Source of the DNA: Octopus sinensis
Lineage: Eukaryota
NCBI RefSeq assembly: GCF_006345805.1
Contig: NC_043010.1
Span: forward strand, 40,424,001 to 40,488,000
Length of the DNA stretch: 64,000 nucleotides
Direction of reading: 5' to 3'
The notes under the pieces were generated by a model, which made no database searches, was not told the DNA's origin, and saw only the letters and a list, made by a program, of their open reading frames with translations. Shown piece by piece: positions 24,621 through 37,551 of this stretch (its first letter is position 1; the number at the start of each line of letters is the position of its first letter). The position numbers and the translations under genes were made by a program.

Positions 24621-26078
24621 TGGCCCTTATGAGTGATGTAAATAATACCCGATTTGTATCAGTTCTTGCGTCGAGACTTTGAAACGGAGTTTGTGGTTTG
24701 TATTTGTTATAGTCTGATCACTTCGTTCATAAGCTCGAAAGAAAACTTCCAATGGTGGTATGTCAGCCTTGTTCACCTCAATAATACAAACGACACAATT
24801 GCTACTCATATAAAGAAAATAATTATTGCAAACTATCATCTTTTAGTAATGGGAGGCAAGGTTTACGATACTGGAAGAATATCGTCTCCTTCCATCATTC
24901 TTTTTGCTCTTTATGTAGTTCAGGCTTTCGGCAGGTGAAGAGAAAAGACTTCAAGTATAAATGCTATTTACAACTGGTTTATTTACAGGAAAGGTGAAGC
25001 GTGCTGCTCTCAGCTACCATCTTAAGCTCCGATAGTGTGGGCGCATAGCCACTGGAGATAGACGGGCAGAAAGCTCTGCCAGCGTTGGTGTTCAGCCAAT
25101 GCTGCTGTGTAATGGCGCTGAAGAAGAGACAGGTCTGAATCGGTTTTCCGTTTACATTGTTTCCATCGCGAGCCTCGTTGTGATTTCGCTCATGGCAAAT
25201 GGATGCAGGTAAGGTCTCGCTCCAGTTTCGGAAATGGCAATGGCTGCCGCGAGATCTCATCCAATATGGCGCTAGCTGCTTATGAGGCTACAATCTTAAT
25301 CATGGAGTTAACGGATGAGATCGCCAACAATCACTCAAAACATTGGGCCTCGTTATTACAAAAGTCTCTCCAGGTGAAAGTACATCGTTAACATAGTTAT
25401 GGTGACACTTAGCAAATTTCTCTCTCTGCTGTAGAAGATCCCGATATATCTTAGTGAAATTCATAAGACAGGACATCCAGTCTAGTTTTGCTCTACGCAC
25501 AACCATTTATCAATCATTAAATGTATTGTAACTACGGATGCTGTTACTTTTCTCTCAGTCCACGAATTTTTGGGGACAGGTCATCAAAATAGACACCAAT
25601 ATCACCAATTACCAGCTCTGGTCAAACGTTCGCCCTGAAAATTTGAGGGAATTTCCATATATGGAATCGACCGATTGTCCTTACGATCACATCAATCTTC
25701 TGCAATCAGGTTCCATCCTTATGATTTAGAGAGCCCGCTTCATTTCGTACATCATTCGTTTCGAAAAAAAATAAATTATCGTGCACATTTCTCCAGGCAA
25801 TTATTTTCTTTAAGGCTAATTATTTTCTAAAGCTTATCACTTCGACACTCTGATTGTTCTCTTCATACTAATGTCCCGTTGCTGGTTATAAGGTGTTTGC
25901 TTCATCAATCACCGCCTAATTCGATAAAACTGTCATGTGTGTTCTGTTTGAGCGGAATGATGCAGCGTGAATAAATGTCTTTTAGATAACTTTTCTTGTT
26001 TTTCTTCTAAAATAACTTTTCTGACGCAGCCTAATAAAAAAGTGGAAGTAGGTCATATGTCATGCCTGAAATGAACTA

Positions 26079-26285
26079 TTAGGTTGTCCAAAAAGTTCGT
26101 GCCGATTCATAGTAGCTTACCTTTTGACTTATTTTAGAACATGGTTAAGTCCATAAAATAGTATTTGACTACACCTCCATTTAGAGCCATATTTTCGTGG
26201 AAGAAGATTTATGTTCCTATAACCTGTGTTAATTCTGTAATCCTTTAAAATGGAAGATAAGAAAGTTCATTTTCGGCACTTGATG
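26079..26285 (+). mobile_element. Mariner 5' end (TIR plus start of transposase)
   Basis: TA-TTAGGTTGTCCAAAAAGTTCGTGCCGATT...ATGGAAGATAAGAAAGTTCATTTTCGGCACTTGATG = MEDKKVHFRHLM, a mariner-like N-terminus. TIR shared with 33357. Confidence 0.7.
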
Positions 26286-26304
26286 ATTTAGGAACCAGAC
26301 AAAA

Positions 26305-26790
26305 ATCGCTTGACAACCGATGCTGGTGTATATACGTCCTCGTAAATTAGCGGTTCGGCAAAACAGGCCGATAGAATAAGTACTAGGCTTGCAAAGAATA
26401 AGTCCTGGAGTCGGTTTGCTCGACTAAAGGCGGAGCTCCAGCATGGCCACAGTCAAATGACTGAAACAAGTAAAAGAGTAAGAGAACATATGTATATATA
26501 CATACATATATATATATATAGAGAGAGAGAGGTGTGAATATAGCTATACATACATATACATTACACATATATAATGTATACCATTTATCTTTTACATGCT
26601 TCTATTTTTAAATGAGGCACCGTCATGAAAGGTTTAGTCGAACAAATCAACCGGAATACTTATAATTTTTATAGCCTGGTATTTATTTTACCGGAATCTT
26701 TTGCCGAATGACTAAGTTGCGGAGATATAGACAAACCAATACGAGTTGTCAAGCACTGCTGGGAGACAAGCAAGAAGACTCACGCACACA
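26305..26790. mobile_element. Two CORE-like SINE 3' halves in opposite orientation (about 26305-26485 +; about 26590-26790 -)
   Basis: gcttgacaaccgatgctgg...cagtcaaatgactgaaacaagtaaaagagt and its reverse-complement relative. Confidence 0.65.
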
Positions 26791-26858
26791 AACATACACA
26801 CACACACACACACACACATACATACATACTTACATACGTACATACATACATACATACA

Positions 26859-26893
<35 letters not shown>

Positions 26894-27275
26894 GCATATA
26901 TATATGCATATATATATGTATATGTAAATGTATATGTATATACATATGTACACACACACACAAACACCACACATACACACACAAACATATATATATAGAA
27001 CAAATCAGTGAGGGATTACCAATCCGGGTAAAATACTTCATAAGCTCTCTGTTGGTGCATCAGGTTAACAATATTATTTAGATTAGTGAAGAACACAAAG
27101 TAATCTTTTGGTAAAGTTCCAAGTTATGATTCTAAATTGTAAATCCGCGGATGGGCTCCAGATAAACTGGTTTTTACAGAGTCATAAATAAGAACAAGTT
27201 TAAAATATTAATTACATACAATTCCCTTATTAGTGCGCCAATAAAGGAATTCTATATGACCACATATATCGATAG

Positions 27276-27301
27276 TTAGATAGACAGACATACAAACAGA
27301 C

Positions 27302-27348
<47 letters not shown>

Positions 27349-27355
27349 GAGAGAG

Positions 27356-27408
<53 letters not shown>

Positions 27409-27413
27409 GATAT

Positions 27414-27497
<84 letters not shown>

Positions 27498-27515
27498 ATA
27501 GTTAGATAGATAGAT
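27276..27515. repeat. Compound (AGAT)n/(CA)n/(TA)n microsatellite
   Basis: Read directly. Confidence 0.95.
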
Positions 27516-28151
27516 ATTCACATATGCATACATATATCATCAATGTATGCTTGTTTGTGCGTAATTGCATTTGTATAAACTCTGAAATTGTATTAACATC
27601 CTAAGAATAAATTTTTGCCCAAACTGTAGTTGACCAATGATATCACCACAGCATTGAAATACGTAATCGTTTTTAGAATTTCCCTGGTTTATAACGACCC
27701 ATCGGAAACTGGTACTGCCAACGCTCAATGGAAATGAGTAAACCGTATTATATAGTTAAATCAGTCTAATTGAATTTTGTTCTCAATGCTATTGAAATGT
27801 GCCCTTTAGATAAAATCTTTAATTAAAATACTTACTAGCCCTTTCCATTACTGCATAAATCTAATTTGTTATATGAAATGCAATGTAGTTGGAAGCAATT
27901 TGAAATATTTTCGGTTTATTTCCATGGATTGAATTAACGTCCATAATTTTCAGACGTTATCTGAATTAGTTTCTCTAGGTGTATGTGTAAACCAGGTCTT
28001 GAGAATTATTTGTAAACGTTTACATCTGCAAAAACATACAGAAATGCAACCACTTTTTAGTACAGTTACGGTCAGCCCCTGAAAACGCTTTATCTACATC
28101 CAGCGTTCAGTGTTTGGGGTTTCTAAATATCTGTCTGGATTGTACGTTATC

Positions 28152-28561
28152 CTTTACTTACTTTTACTTTTATTTTTTTACTTTTTACTTTTATTTGTTA
28201 CAGTCATTTGACGGCGGCCTTGCTGGAGCACCACCTTTAGTCGAAGAAATCGACCCCAGGACTTATTCTATCGGTCTCTTTTTGCCGAACTGCTAAGTGA
28301 CGGGGACGTAAATACATCAGCATCGGTTGTAAAGCGATGTTGGGAGGACAAACACAGACACACAAACATACACACACACACATATGTATATATATATACG
28401 ACATGCTTCTTTCAGTTTCCCTCTACCAAATCCACTCACAAGGCTTTGGTCGGCCCGAAGCTATAGTAGAAGACACTTGCCCAAGTGTCACGCAGTGGGA
28501 CTGAACCCGGAACCATGTGGTTAGTAAGCAAGCCACTTACCACACAGCTACTCCTGCGCCT
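28152..28561 (-). mobile_element. Full-length CORE-like SINE
   Basis: Head aggcgcaggagtagctgtgtggtaag at 28561; tail (agtaaa)n at 28152. Confidence 0.88.
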
Positions 28562-29097
28562 ACCTGACAAAGAAAATTGTGTATGGCCTAAAGGTAGCTG
28601 GGGAAAGCAGATCCTGAACTGGCCTTGTCGTTGATCATTGTCAGAACTCAGTAGCAAGAAAGCGGTCTTAACAAGCTGTGTACTATTCTGTGCTCGGACA
28701 TAACAATTAAGAACGGCTGTAGTTTAAGTCGCAGCGCAGTATATCAATGAAGACCCAAATTGTGATGATGCCCAGTATTTATTACATGTAATGTATCAAA
28801 GACTACAACCTCCGGTGTAACTTTTACCTGTCTAAGATAGTAGTGTGTGATTAAAGTTTCTGTCTGCTGTTTCTTGCAATCGCTGTAACAAGTAGGATGT
28901 TTCCTTCAAATGGGTTCAAATAATAAACGACCATCTTTTTCATACATGATGTATTTAGAAATAAGAAACGGTCTGCTAAATTGAAATTTATTTCACTCCT
29001 CTGATCACCACATTTCAGGCCCAAAAAACATCAGGTCGACTGGTTTCGAGAATGTTCATTCCAAACGTCAGTCATCTGCGTTTCTCTTTCAATACAT

Positions 29098-29509
29098 ACC
29101 TATTTCTTTATTACTCACAAGGGGCTACACACAGAGGGGACAAACAAGGACAGACATAGGTATTAAGTCGATTATATCGACCCCAGTGCGTAACTGGTAC
29201 TTAATTTATCGACCCCGAAAGGATGAAAGACAAAGTTGACCTCGGCGGAATTTGAACTCAGAACGTAGCGGCAGACGGAATACCTATTTCTTTATTACCC
29301 ACAAGGGGCTAAACACAGAAGGGACAAACAAGGACACACATAGGTATTAAGTCGATTACATCGACCCCAGTGCGTAACTGGTACTTAATTTATCGACCCC
29401 GAAAGGATGAAAGGCAAAGTCGACCTTGGCAGAATTTGAACTCAGAACGTAACGGCAGACGAAATACGGCTACGCATTTCGCCCAGGGTGCTAACGGTTC
29501 TGCCAGCTC
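29098..29509 (-). mobile_element. Meta-like SINE head-to-tail dimer
   Basis: Two units joined at aaagaaata|ggtattccgtc (29284/29285). Confidence 0.88.
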
Positions 29510-30734
29510 TTTCTTTACATACCATTGACATAGACGCTGCGTTGCAACAGTTTAAATCATTGCTTTTCAACCATTTAAAAAACATTTTGGGACACTTGGA
29601 CCTCCATAACCATTCGTTGTATATATAAAAAAAATCCCGTTGCATTTTTATAATTTAATATTATTAGGAATTTTAGAATAAATGTAAAAATATGTTTAAA
29701 ATGTAGCCAATTTATTGCTCATACATTTCAAAAACAAAATCTTATATGCATCCCCGCCCCGCCCATGAGTTATATAGCCCTCGGTTGAAAACAACAGTTT
29801 TAAATAAAATATCTTCATCAATCTTATCGTTCTCGGACTGCATGCAAAAAACATGACCATTGCTTCTTCCTCCAGACATTCTAAATAAAAATAAATAAAT
29901 AAATTACGAACATGGTCAGCATTAAATAAAGAAAAATCATTTGAAATAAACCAATATTCGGTGGCGGGGTTGGCTCTTAAACTTCATTTAGTTACATGCT
30001 ATTCCGTGTTTCCTTTAAAATCAATATACTTTTCGGAACATTAATCACTGAAAGCAACAAAATACAAAATATATCAGAAGCAAATAATATCAGATCGGAC
30101 AATGTTAATTTATCTCGCTGAAAAATACTTTCGGATATTTTCTATTCTCTGTACGGTTATTTTTAGTGTCCATTATGAGCATTCTTGTGTTTGGCATGAA
30201 ATAGCCACATTCTACAAAATTGGCACATTACAAAGAATCGGTGCGTTGCAAAATTATGAATCAGTTCTGAAATTGTTTGTTACATTTTCTTTACACAATG
30301 ACCAACAGAAAACGAAATGATGTACAGTTTAAATGATTTTCTAATTACATTATCATTGGTTGGATTGCGTAATCAGTAGAGCAAAGGAGCAAATGTAGAT
30401 ATTGCAGACAATCATGTTACGTAGCTTTTAAATTCTGAGCTTAAACAGCATTTACTTCTATTCTGGGTTTCGCTAACAAAAGATAGCACGGATGGCAAAC
30501 CAAGAACATTGAAATTTAGATGGATATGCTCGAGCTTGACCATAGTCACAATCGAAACCTGTAAAAGAACAAAATATCTAGAAAGCTAAACAGGTATTTC
30601 TCTGGAGGCGAAAAATTTCCTACTTCCGTGCATCTAGATTTGACATAAATTTGAGAGAAAGGAACCTATGCCAACACCGTAAAATTGTTGGTGTATTATA
30701 TTTGTGTTTGTGTGTGTGCGTCTGTGAGTGTGTG

Positions 30735-30744
30735 TGTATGTGTT

Positions 30745-30823
<79 letters not shown>
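30735..30823. repeat. (TG)n microsatellite
   Basis: Read directly. Confidence 0.95.
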
Positions 30824-30826
<3 letters not shown>

Positions 30827-30842
30827 TGCGTGTGCGTGCAGG

Positions 30843-31325
30843 ACTGTTATCTACTCGGGCTACGAAGTGGAACAACCGCGAGGAGTCGGCATCGCCATGT
30901 CTGCAAGGGTAGCTGGAGCGCTCATCGGATGGAAGCCTGACAGCGATGGTACCATCACCACCCGATTCCAAAAGTGGTTGTCTAGGATCACCGTCATCGA
31001 AGAAGCAGAAGAGGCCGATAAAGACGCTTTGTACCACCAACAACAGGACGCCCTAGACGACGCCTCTCGTAACGATTTGGTCCTACAAATTGTCGATTTC
31101 AACGCCAAAACCACGAGAAACCGACAAGGCTTCGAGTATGTAATTGGCGCAAATGACACAGTGACTGATACCAGCGGCAACGGCGATTGGTTGGTCTTGT
31201 TCCGCTCAACGAATAGGAAACACTTCGAGAAGTGGATCCAGAAGAAAACGTGGTGATCACCGGATGGTCGGACTTTTGACGAGATCGACTACGTCCGTAT
31301 TAATAGGTGGTGGAAATCGAGGGTC
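30843..31325 (+). mobile_element. RTE-clade LINE apurinic-like endonuclease fragment
   Basis: IYSG...RGVGIAMS...ALIGWKP...TRF...EEADKDALY...DLVLQIVDFNAK...NGDWL...KKTW*SPDGRTFDEIDYV are APE motifs (GDFNAK, TW.SPDG, IDY); one stop and a deletion. Confidence 0.85.
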
Positions 31326-31519
31326 CTTATAGCCTTTGGGAGTCCACATAAGATTTTACTGTTAAAATTTATGGGCAAATAATTGGTTATACAGTTACAA
31401 TAGACAAAATATTGTAACAAATATCTATACAATTTCTAACAATATTTCATTATGACAACGCAGTAGGATATTTAAAATATCGGATGGATATGAGTTCCAC
31501 CTGAGTAAAATAGTAATAA

Positions 31520-31825
31520 GTGGAGACACATGGCCTATTGGTTAGAGCAGCGGACTCGCAGTCGAGGGAGCGCGCGTTCGAATCTCAGACCGGGAATTGT
31601 GTGTGTTTATGAGCGAAACACCTAAGCTCCACGCGGCTCTGGCAGAAAGTAATGACGAACTTCTGCTGACTCTTTCGCCACAACTTTCCCTCACTCTTTC
31701 TTCCTGCATCATGAACCTCACTTGCGACGGACCAGGGTCCCGTCCAGGTGGGGAACCTATACGCCAAGGAAACCTTGAAACAGGCTCTTATGAGCCAGGC
31801 TTTGCTCGAGAAGGAACAAACAAAA
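31520..31825 (+). mobile_element. tRNA-derived SINE, tail type 'cccgtccaggtgggg...ctcgagaaggaacaaacaa'
   Basis: Same subfamily as 49390-49683(-) and 62070-62365(-). Confidence 0.85.
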
Positions 31826-33356
31826 TAGGAATAAATGGGATCTATAGGTAAAAAAAATGTTTTTAGCCACTGAACATGTTGAATGCTCCCAGTGAAACGA
31901 ACGTTTCTTAATTTGCGTTATGCTATAGTATTTATACTCACTGTACAGAAGTCTCTCGTTGGGTATTGTTTGTTATATCATATACAACATACTTGCTGTC
32001 TACTAGATAGGACAGAAGACAAAACATGCCCATTATCACCACACAAAGTCTCAAGCTATCATAAATTATACCTCTGCAAATTTTTATGAAGTAGCGTCAT
32101 GAAAGACATGGCTAGAAACATCTGATTGCCCAGGTGTTAAATGAACACTAGAACTCGACTGAAAATGTATTTTACCAGCACCTTAAGGACGAAAATCAAA
32201 CATGACGTCAGGGACATTTAAATTTAAAGCGTAAACTAAATACCGGAAGGCGTTTTGGGCGATACAGCATCGATCTGATTGGTCAATTTATTGTATCTAT
32301 ACACTCTCTGATATTCTTTATCTCACGCAGCAGGAAGGGTTCGAATAAAACGAACCAATCTCATTAAAATTCTCTTATCTGTCAGAACAATTAATTGAAA
32401 ATATACTGTTTTTTCTTGTTGTTGCCGGAGTCAGAATCGTTAGGTTTCAGTTATTATCCCTCATTAAACTTCAATGACTGACAAGAATGACGATAAGATT
32501 CATAAACATAAACTCCCCACATTTCAATAATTGCCAGCATAGATTTATTATATTATACTAAAAGTAAGAACCACACCTAGAACCTATACAAATTCATATG
32601 TATTATTTGATGTGCACTTCAAGTTGAAACTGATAGTGACTGTTGTAAAGAGTGTAAAGATAAGAGTAGTTGATTGACGTACAGAGCTAAGGATATGAAA
32701 TTGCTACATATTCTATCGATCACAGGATGGTTTGTATGCTGACGGTGATGTAGGTACACTTGCACTTACGAAGTCAATAACAGGTTCTTAAACATTTGAC
32801 CTTGCAGTCTTCTAACAATGAATATTAAATCTCATCAAATGTGTTTAGATGCATAAGGAAAATGACTGAAAAAAATTAAATGGTCGTGGCTGGAAAGCCT
32901 TTAGTAAGTTCAGTTGATTTATGATTAAACTTATCGTTATTATTCATGTCTGACTTAACATTTAACTCTGAGTTATCATGACAACAGACAGTTAATCAAC
33001 GGGGACAACTTCCAGCAATATATGCGAGACCCACGCCGGGCATGCCAATGTTTCAAAAACAGAATTTATGTATAAATCTGACATTTATAACGAACAAACA
33101 AATCAATCAACGAAAGAATATAATAAACACTTTTTGATGAATATAGGGTGTTGGCAGTCGAAATAATATTTATATCAAATTGTACAGACGATGAAGATGA
33201 AAAGAGATGGAATGTAATGAAAAAAAAAAAAGAACAGAAATACTGTGCAGCATTAATGTCTAACATAATTGTCTCCTTTTACATCCATGTTCAGTTCGTA
33301 CTTCATAAGAAGCAAAAACAATGAAACGTTCATATTGCATCTATAACCCGTTTCTA

Positions 33357-33460
33357 TTGGGTTGTCCGGAAAGTTCGTGCCGATTTTAAAGGAAAGAAAA
33401 GGTCAATAAATACTTGCCACTACATTTTTAATCAACCAAATATGAACCATTTTGTGCTTT
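33357..33460 (+). mobile_element. Mariner terminal fragment
   Basis: TA-TTGGGTTGTCCGGAAAGTTCGTGCCGATT, similar to 26079. Confidence 0.6.
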
Positions 33461-33513
33461 TCATGCTCATCTACTCATAGGTTTTTCTAATAACGTTTTC
33501 TAATAACGTAAAG

Positions 33514-33814
33514 ACTATTTGCCAACATAGCGTGGCTGTCCTGAATAGGACGATTGTTACTATTGTTAAGCCCCATGGAACATCGTTTCCTGCTGGTTAT
33601 ATCTGTGTCCTTATACTTTCAAACAGGGAGCCCAGCACCCCCATCTAGCACAAACCAACATCTGAGGACCGGCTTCTGTGTTATTGCTCTTTATCAGCAC
33701 AGATGCTGGACACAGAGCTTGTGTCGTATAGCAAGATGGAAACGATTTTTCCTGGGGCTAAACAACAGTAATAATCATCCTTTCCAGGACAGCCACATCA
33801 TGTTGTAAAATAGT
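33514..33814. mobile_element. Fold-back MITE with about 105-bp imperfect TIRs
   Basis: actatttgccaacatagcgtggctgtcctgaatagga...ctgtgtcc versus the reverse complement of ggacacag...tcctttccaggacagccacatcatgttgtaaaatagt. Confidence 0.7.
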
Positions 33815-34058
33815 ATTTACTTTAATGAGCTGTTACTGAATATCTCTCTTTGAGAGATTTAGAAATAATAATGTTTTGTAATAACGTTTTTGTAATAGTC
33901 GACATTCTTCGCCTCTATAGCACTCAGAAAAATCATTTCTTAAACAATACACCAGATTATGAACTTCATCTATGCCAGAACACATCCCAGAACCTGCTTA
34001 CCAACAGAAGCATCTCATCACACTATATCTAGTCATCCTCAATAAGTATTCTACACTA

Positions 34059-34403
34059 GCGGAGGCGCAATGGCCCAGTGGTTAGGGCAGTAGACTCGCG
34101 GTCATAGGATCCCGGTTTCGATTTCCAGACCGAGCGTTGTGAGTGTTTATTGAGCGAAAACACCTAAAGCTCTTTCACCACAGCTTTCTCTCACTCTTAC
34201 TTCCTGTTTCTGTTGTACCTGTATTTCAAAGGGCCGGCCTTGTCACTCTCTGTGTCACGCTGAATATCCCCGAGAACTACGTTAAGGGTACACGTGTCTG
34301 TGGAGTGTTCAGCCACTTACACGTTAATTTCACGAGCAGGCTGTTCCGTTGATTCGGATCAACCGGAACCCTCGTCGTCGTAACCGACGGAGTGCTTCCA
34401 TCC
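34059..34403 (+). mobile_element. tRNA-derived SINE, tail type 'ggaaccctcgtcgtcgtaaccgacggagtgcttcca', 11-bp TSD
   Basis: TSD attctacacta at 34048-34058 and 34404-34414. Near-identical to 45942-46330 apart from an internal deletion. Confidence 0.92.
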
Positions 34404-35326
34404 ATTCTACACTATAAGACCTAGCTTACAAATACTTCTCAAATTACGACCTGCAGATTTAAAGATGGAAACAACACATTAGAAAATGTTCTTACCCTTA
34501 TGGCGAAAGAAAGGTCCTTCAAAGCATGCATATAAGGGTTGCTTTCTTCAGATTTTAATCATCATTCTGTTCAAGTACAGCTGACACCGGACTAATATAC
34601 ACAACAACTGTTCCTCTACTAAGAACTAAATTGGGTCTTTGTGGATAAAACTAATGGAAATAAATATAAACACTAACTAGTTCCTATTATTGTTATGGGT
34701 ATTTATCCCTGGCTGCTCTAACCGAGCAGATCTACTGTTTAAGAGCGCTCCATCCCTTACCATCACAGTTCCTTCAGATATTGTGTACCTATAATTTATT
34801 TTTCTAAGTTGTCCTTTCATTCTGTGGACATAAATTCGTGACTTGAAAGAGTGTTGGTCACAATTTTTACGAGGGTGAGTGACCCTATGAACACATACTG
34901 ATTAACTTGACATACATCTGTTGTTGCTTAACATCATATGGGCTGTGATCGATCGGACATACTACCAAAACATGAAAACCATCTGAATCTTAACTTATTT
35001 GGGTTAATTATGCTACCCGGACGACAGTATTTCATATGTCCTTTTTAAAAGACTAGAGTACGGATTTTGGCAGACATAGTAGCTATTTATGCAGAACAAT
35101 TAATATTGAATCGGTTATCAGTTCACTTGAGTTTCTTGTTAATATCACTGTATAGGTGAGATAGATATGACTCGATTATAACGGTTTTGTATATAACGTC
35201 TCTTTACTGTGGTGTCAAAATTTACTAGTAGAAAAAAAGCGTATTCAAACTACCTCATCTTATACTTAGATACTTACCTTTCCATTCCATTGGGCTCGAT
35301 TTGCTTTTCCATACTTCTGATATCAG

Positions 35327-35374
35327 TGTAATAGGCAACAGCTGAATATCGCAACAGCTGAACATTGTTTACAA
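35327..35374 (+). CDS. Candidate internal exon 1 (48 nt, phase 0-0): CNRQQLNIATAEHCLQ
   Basis: Acceptor tttccatacttctgatatcag, donor CAA|GTGAGT; only one open frame. Confidence 0.4.
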
Positions 35375-35744
35375 GTGAGTAATTTATTTATCTTATGGTA
35401 CCTTCTAACTGATGACGCATCATTTATTCAACAAATATGTCGTACCCAAGTAACCTACCTTCCAAATATTTTAAAACACGAATACGGTGTATTTCAAGAA
35501 CATTATTTTATGAAACTGATAGACCATAGTATTGCTAATTCAACTTTTAGTATTTCACATCCCTGTCTTGGGAACTGAAGCGTAGACTATATGTGACCAT
35601 ATCATGTATAATTGTAGTAATTGTAATGTGCTCTTGCCAAGACGTTTGACTCCCGAATGGCTCAGTTCAGTAAGTTATGATGTAGATCTTACATGTAGAA
35701 ATAGAGCTTCTGATTTTTAATATATTTTCTTATATAGACATAGG

Positions 35745-36520
35745 GCTTGAAATTCGATGGGAAGAGGTTAATTGATACCATCAACAAAGGATGTGAGGCA
35801 AGTTTACATTGGCAGAAATTGAACTCAGAATGTAAACGTCGGAGCAAATATACCAAGTATTATGTTCCTTGTGCTATCGAATCTACCAGATCGTCACCTT
35901 AACATAATTCTTGACCACGATTCCTGGCTATATACTATAATTTATCGACCACGAAGTGAGAACAGGCAAAGTTCACGTTGGCAATATTTCAAATCAGAAC
36001 ATAAAGAGTGGGACTAAGTATTTCATCCGGTGCACTAACGATTCTTTCAACTCACCGCTTTAAAAGCTGATTATCAAAAATAATCGTTACAATTGTTACT
36101 TGTTTCCTTTTAGTATCATTAATCGTTTCCAATTTAGGTAGAGGCCAGCAGTTATCATGAGATGGCATTAGTCGAATCCATCGGACCTAGAACTTAACTG
36201 GGATTTGATCTTACCTATATAAATAAAATAATGGTTTCAAATTTTGCCACAAGGGTAGCAATGTGGGGGAGAAAACTAGTCGATTATATCGACTCCAGTG
36301 TTCAACTGGTACTTATTTTATCGACCCAGAAAGGATGAAAGTTAAAGTCGACTTCAGTAGATTTTGAACTCAGAACGTAGGGACGGGAGAAATACCGCTA
36401 AACATTTCGTCCAGCGCGCAAACGATTCTACCAACTCTGTAAATAATGGTTTCTAATTTTGGCACGAAGCCAATAGTTTTGAAGGGAGGAGATTTGGTCG
36501 ATCTGGAATTGATCAAAGGC
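35745..36520 (-). mobile_element. Cluster of degenerate Meta-like SINE copies in the same orientation
   Basis: Repeated ttgaactcagaa, ttatcgacc and aaggatgaaag motifs; best copy about 36230-36440. Confidence 0.65.
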
Positions 36521-36600
36521 GATGTTGATATCGGCGGGCCCCGATGTTGCCATCATAAATAAATAAAACTTTTGTGATGCGCCAACATGATTGCTTTTAG

Positions 36601-36669
36601 GAAGTTAATCAATCTGGCAGGCGTAACAGTGAAATGTGCAATGCTTCACTTGACATCATCTTTGAAAAA
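36601..36669 (+). CDS. Candidate internal exon 2 (69 nt, phase 0-0): EVNQSGRRNSEMCNASLDIIFEK
   Basis: Acceptor attgcttttag, consensus donor AAA|GTAAGT; open frame. Confidence 0.5.
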
Positions 36670-37460
36670 GTAAGTAAACATTGGACGAATGTATGCTATA
36701 TATAATATACGTTAAAGCACACGGTGTTCACTAGTAGGACAAACTGAGGTCACATATCGTCTTCATTAAGTCTAACATGGAGAGGAACAACAGAAATATC
36801 TCCCCACCCCACCCCATGAATTGGCTGAAGTTAGCACAATTCATGGTTGGCTTCCAAAAATCTAAACTTCCAACAGTACAGAACATAAATTCAAAATAGT
36901 ACTGGTGATGAAAAAGAAAAAAAAAACGAAATAAAGCATGAACATTTAGATAACTCCTTAAGATGCGGGACTCATAAAACTAAAGTAATGATGAGGCAGA
37001 AATAGTTATAACTAGTGACACAAATATACTCGGTGACCGGTAGCTGTCAGTCAATACAAAGATTTTCGAATGAGCTCTGCACGAAGGGTAATGTAGAAGA
37101 TGACCTCAATAAGATGAAAAGAAAAGCAACTCAATAAAGAGATTGAACAAAAAAAGCAATAATATGTATTATGAATTGAATTACAGGTAAAGAAACGTAG
37201 TAAATGGAGCCAATGAAATAAAGACTCAGCAAACAATGGAGATCGGAGTAGAGGGAAAGGCTTGAGGGTTATCAAGACATCAATAGATATATCATCAGCA
37301 CAGACTTGAGCTTCGCTGTTTCTAATGTCTAGAGAAGGATCAGGTTTCTTCATATAAATTTATTCAAGAGCATTATATATATATATATTATATATATTAT
37401 ATATATATATATATATATGTATATATACTTCATTTCAAGCAGCAGAAAATTCAACAAAAT

Positions 37461-37498
37461 CTGTTACTCTGAGTTTCTCGTTGCCGTTCATCAGACAG
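37461..37498 (-). ncRNA. Minimal type I hammerhead ribozyme motif (minus strand)
   Basis: Exact reverse complement of 37514-37551. Confidence 0.65.
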
Positions 37499-37513
37499 TT
37501 TTTGCTAGAAAAA

Positions 37514-37551
37514 CTGTCTGATGAACGGCAACGAGAAACTCAGAGTAACAG
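37514..37551 (+). ncRNA. Minimal type I hammerhead ribozyme motif (plus strand)
   Basis: ctgt-CTGATGA(37518-24)-a-CG-GCAA-CG-a-GAAA(37535-38)-ctcagag-TA|acag. Stem I CUGU/ACAG (plus 4 bp beyond an A.A mismatch), stem II 2 bp with a GNRA loop, stem III ACU/AGU, GUA triplet 37545-37547. Confidence 0.7.
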
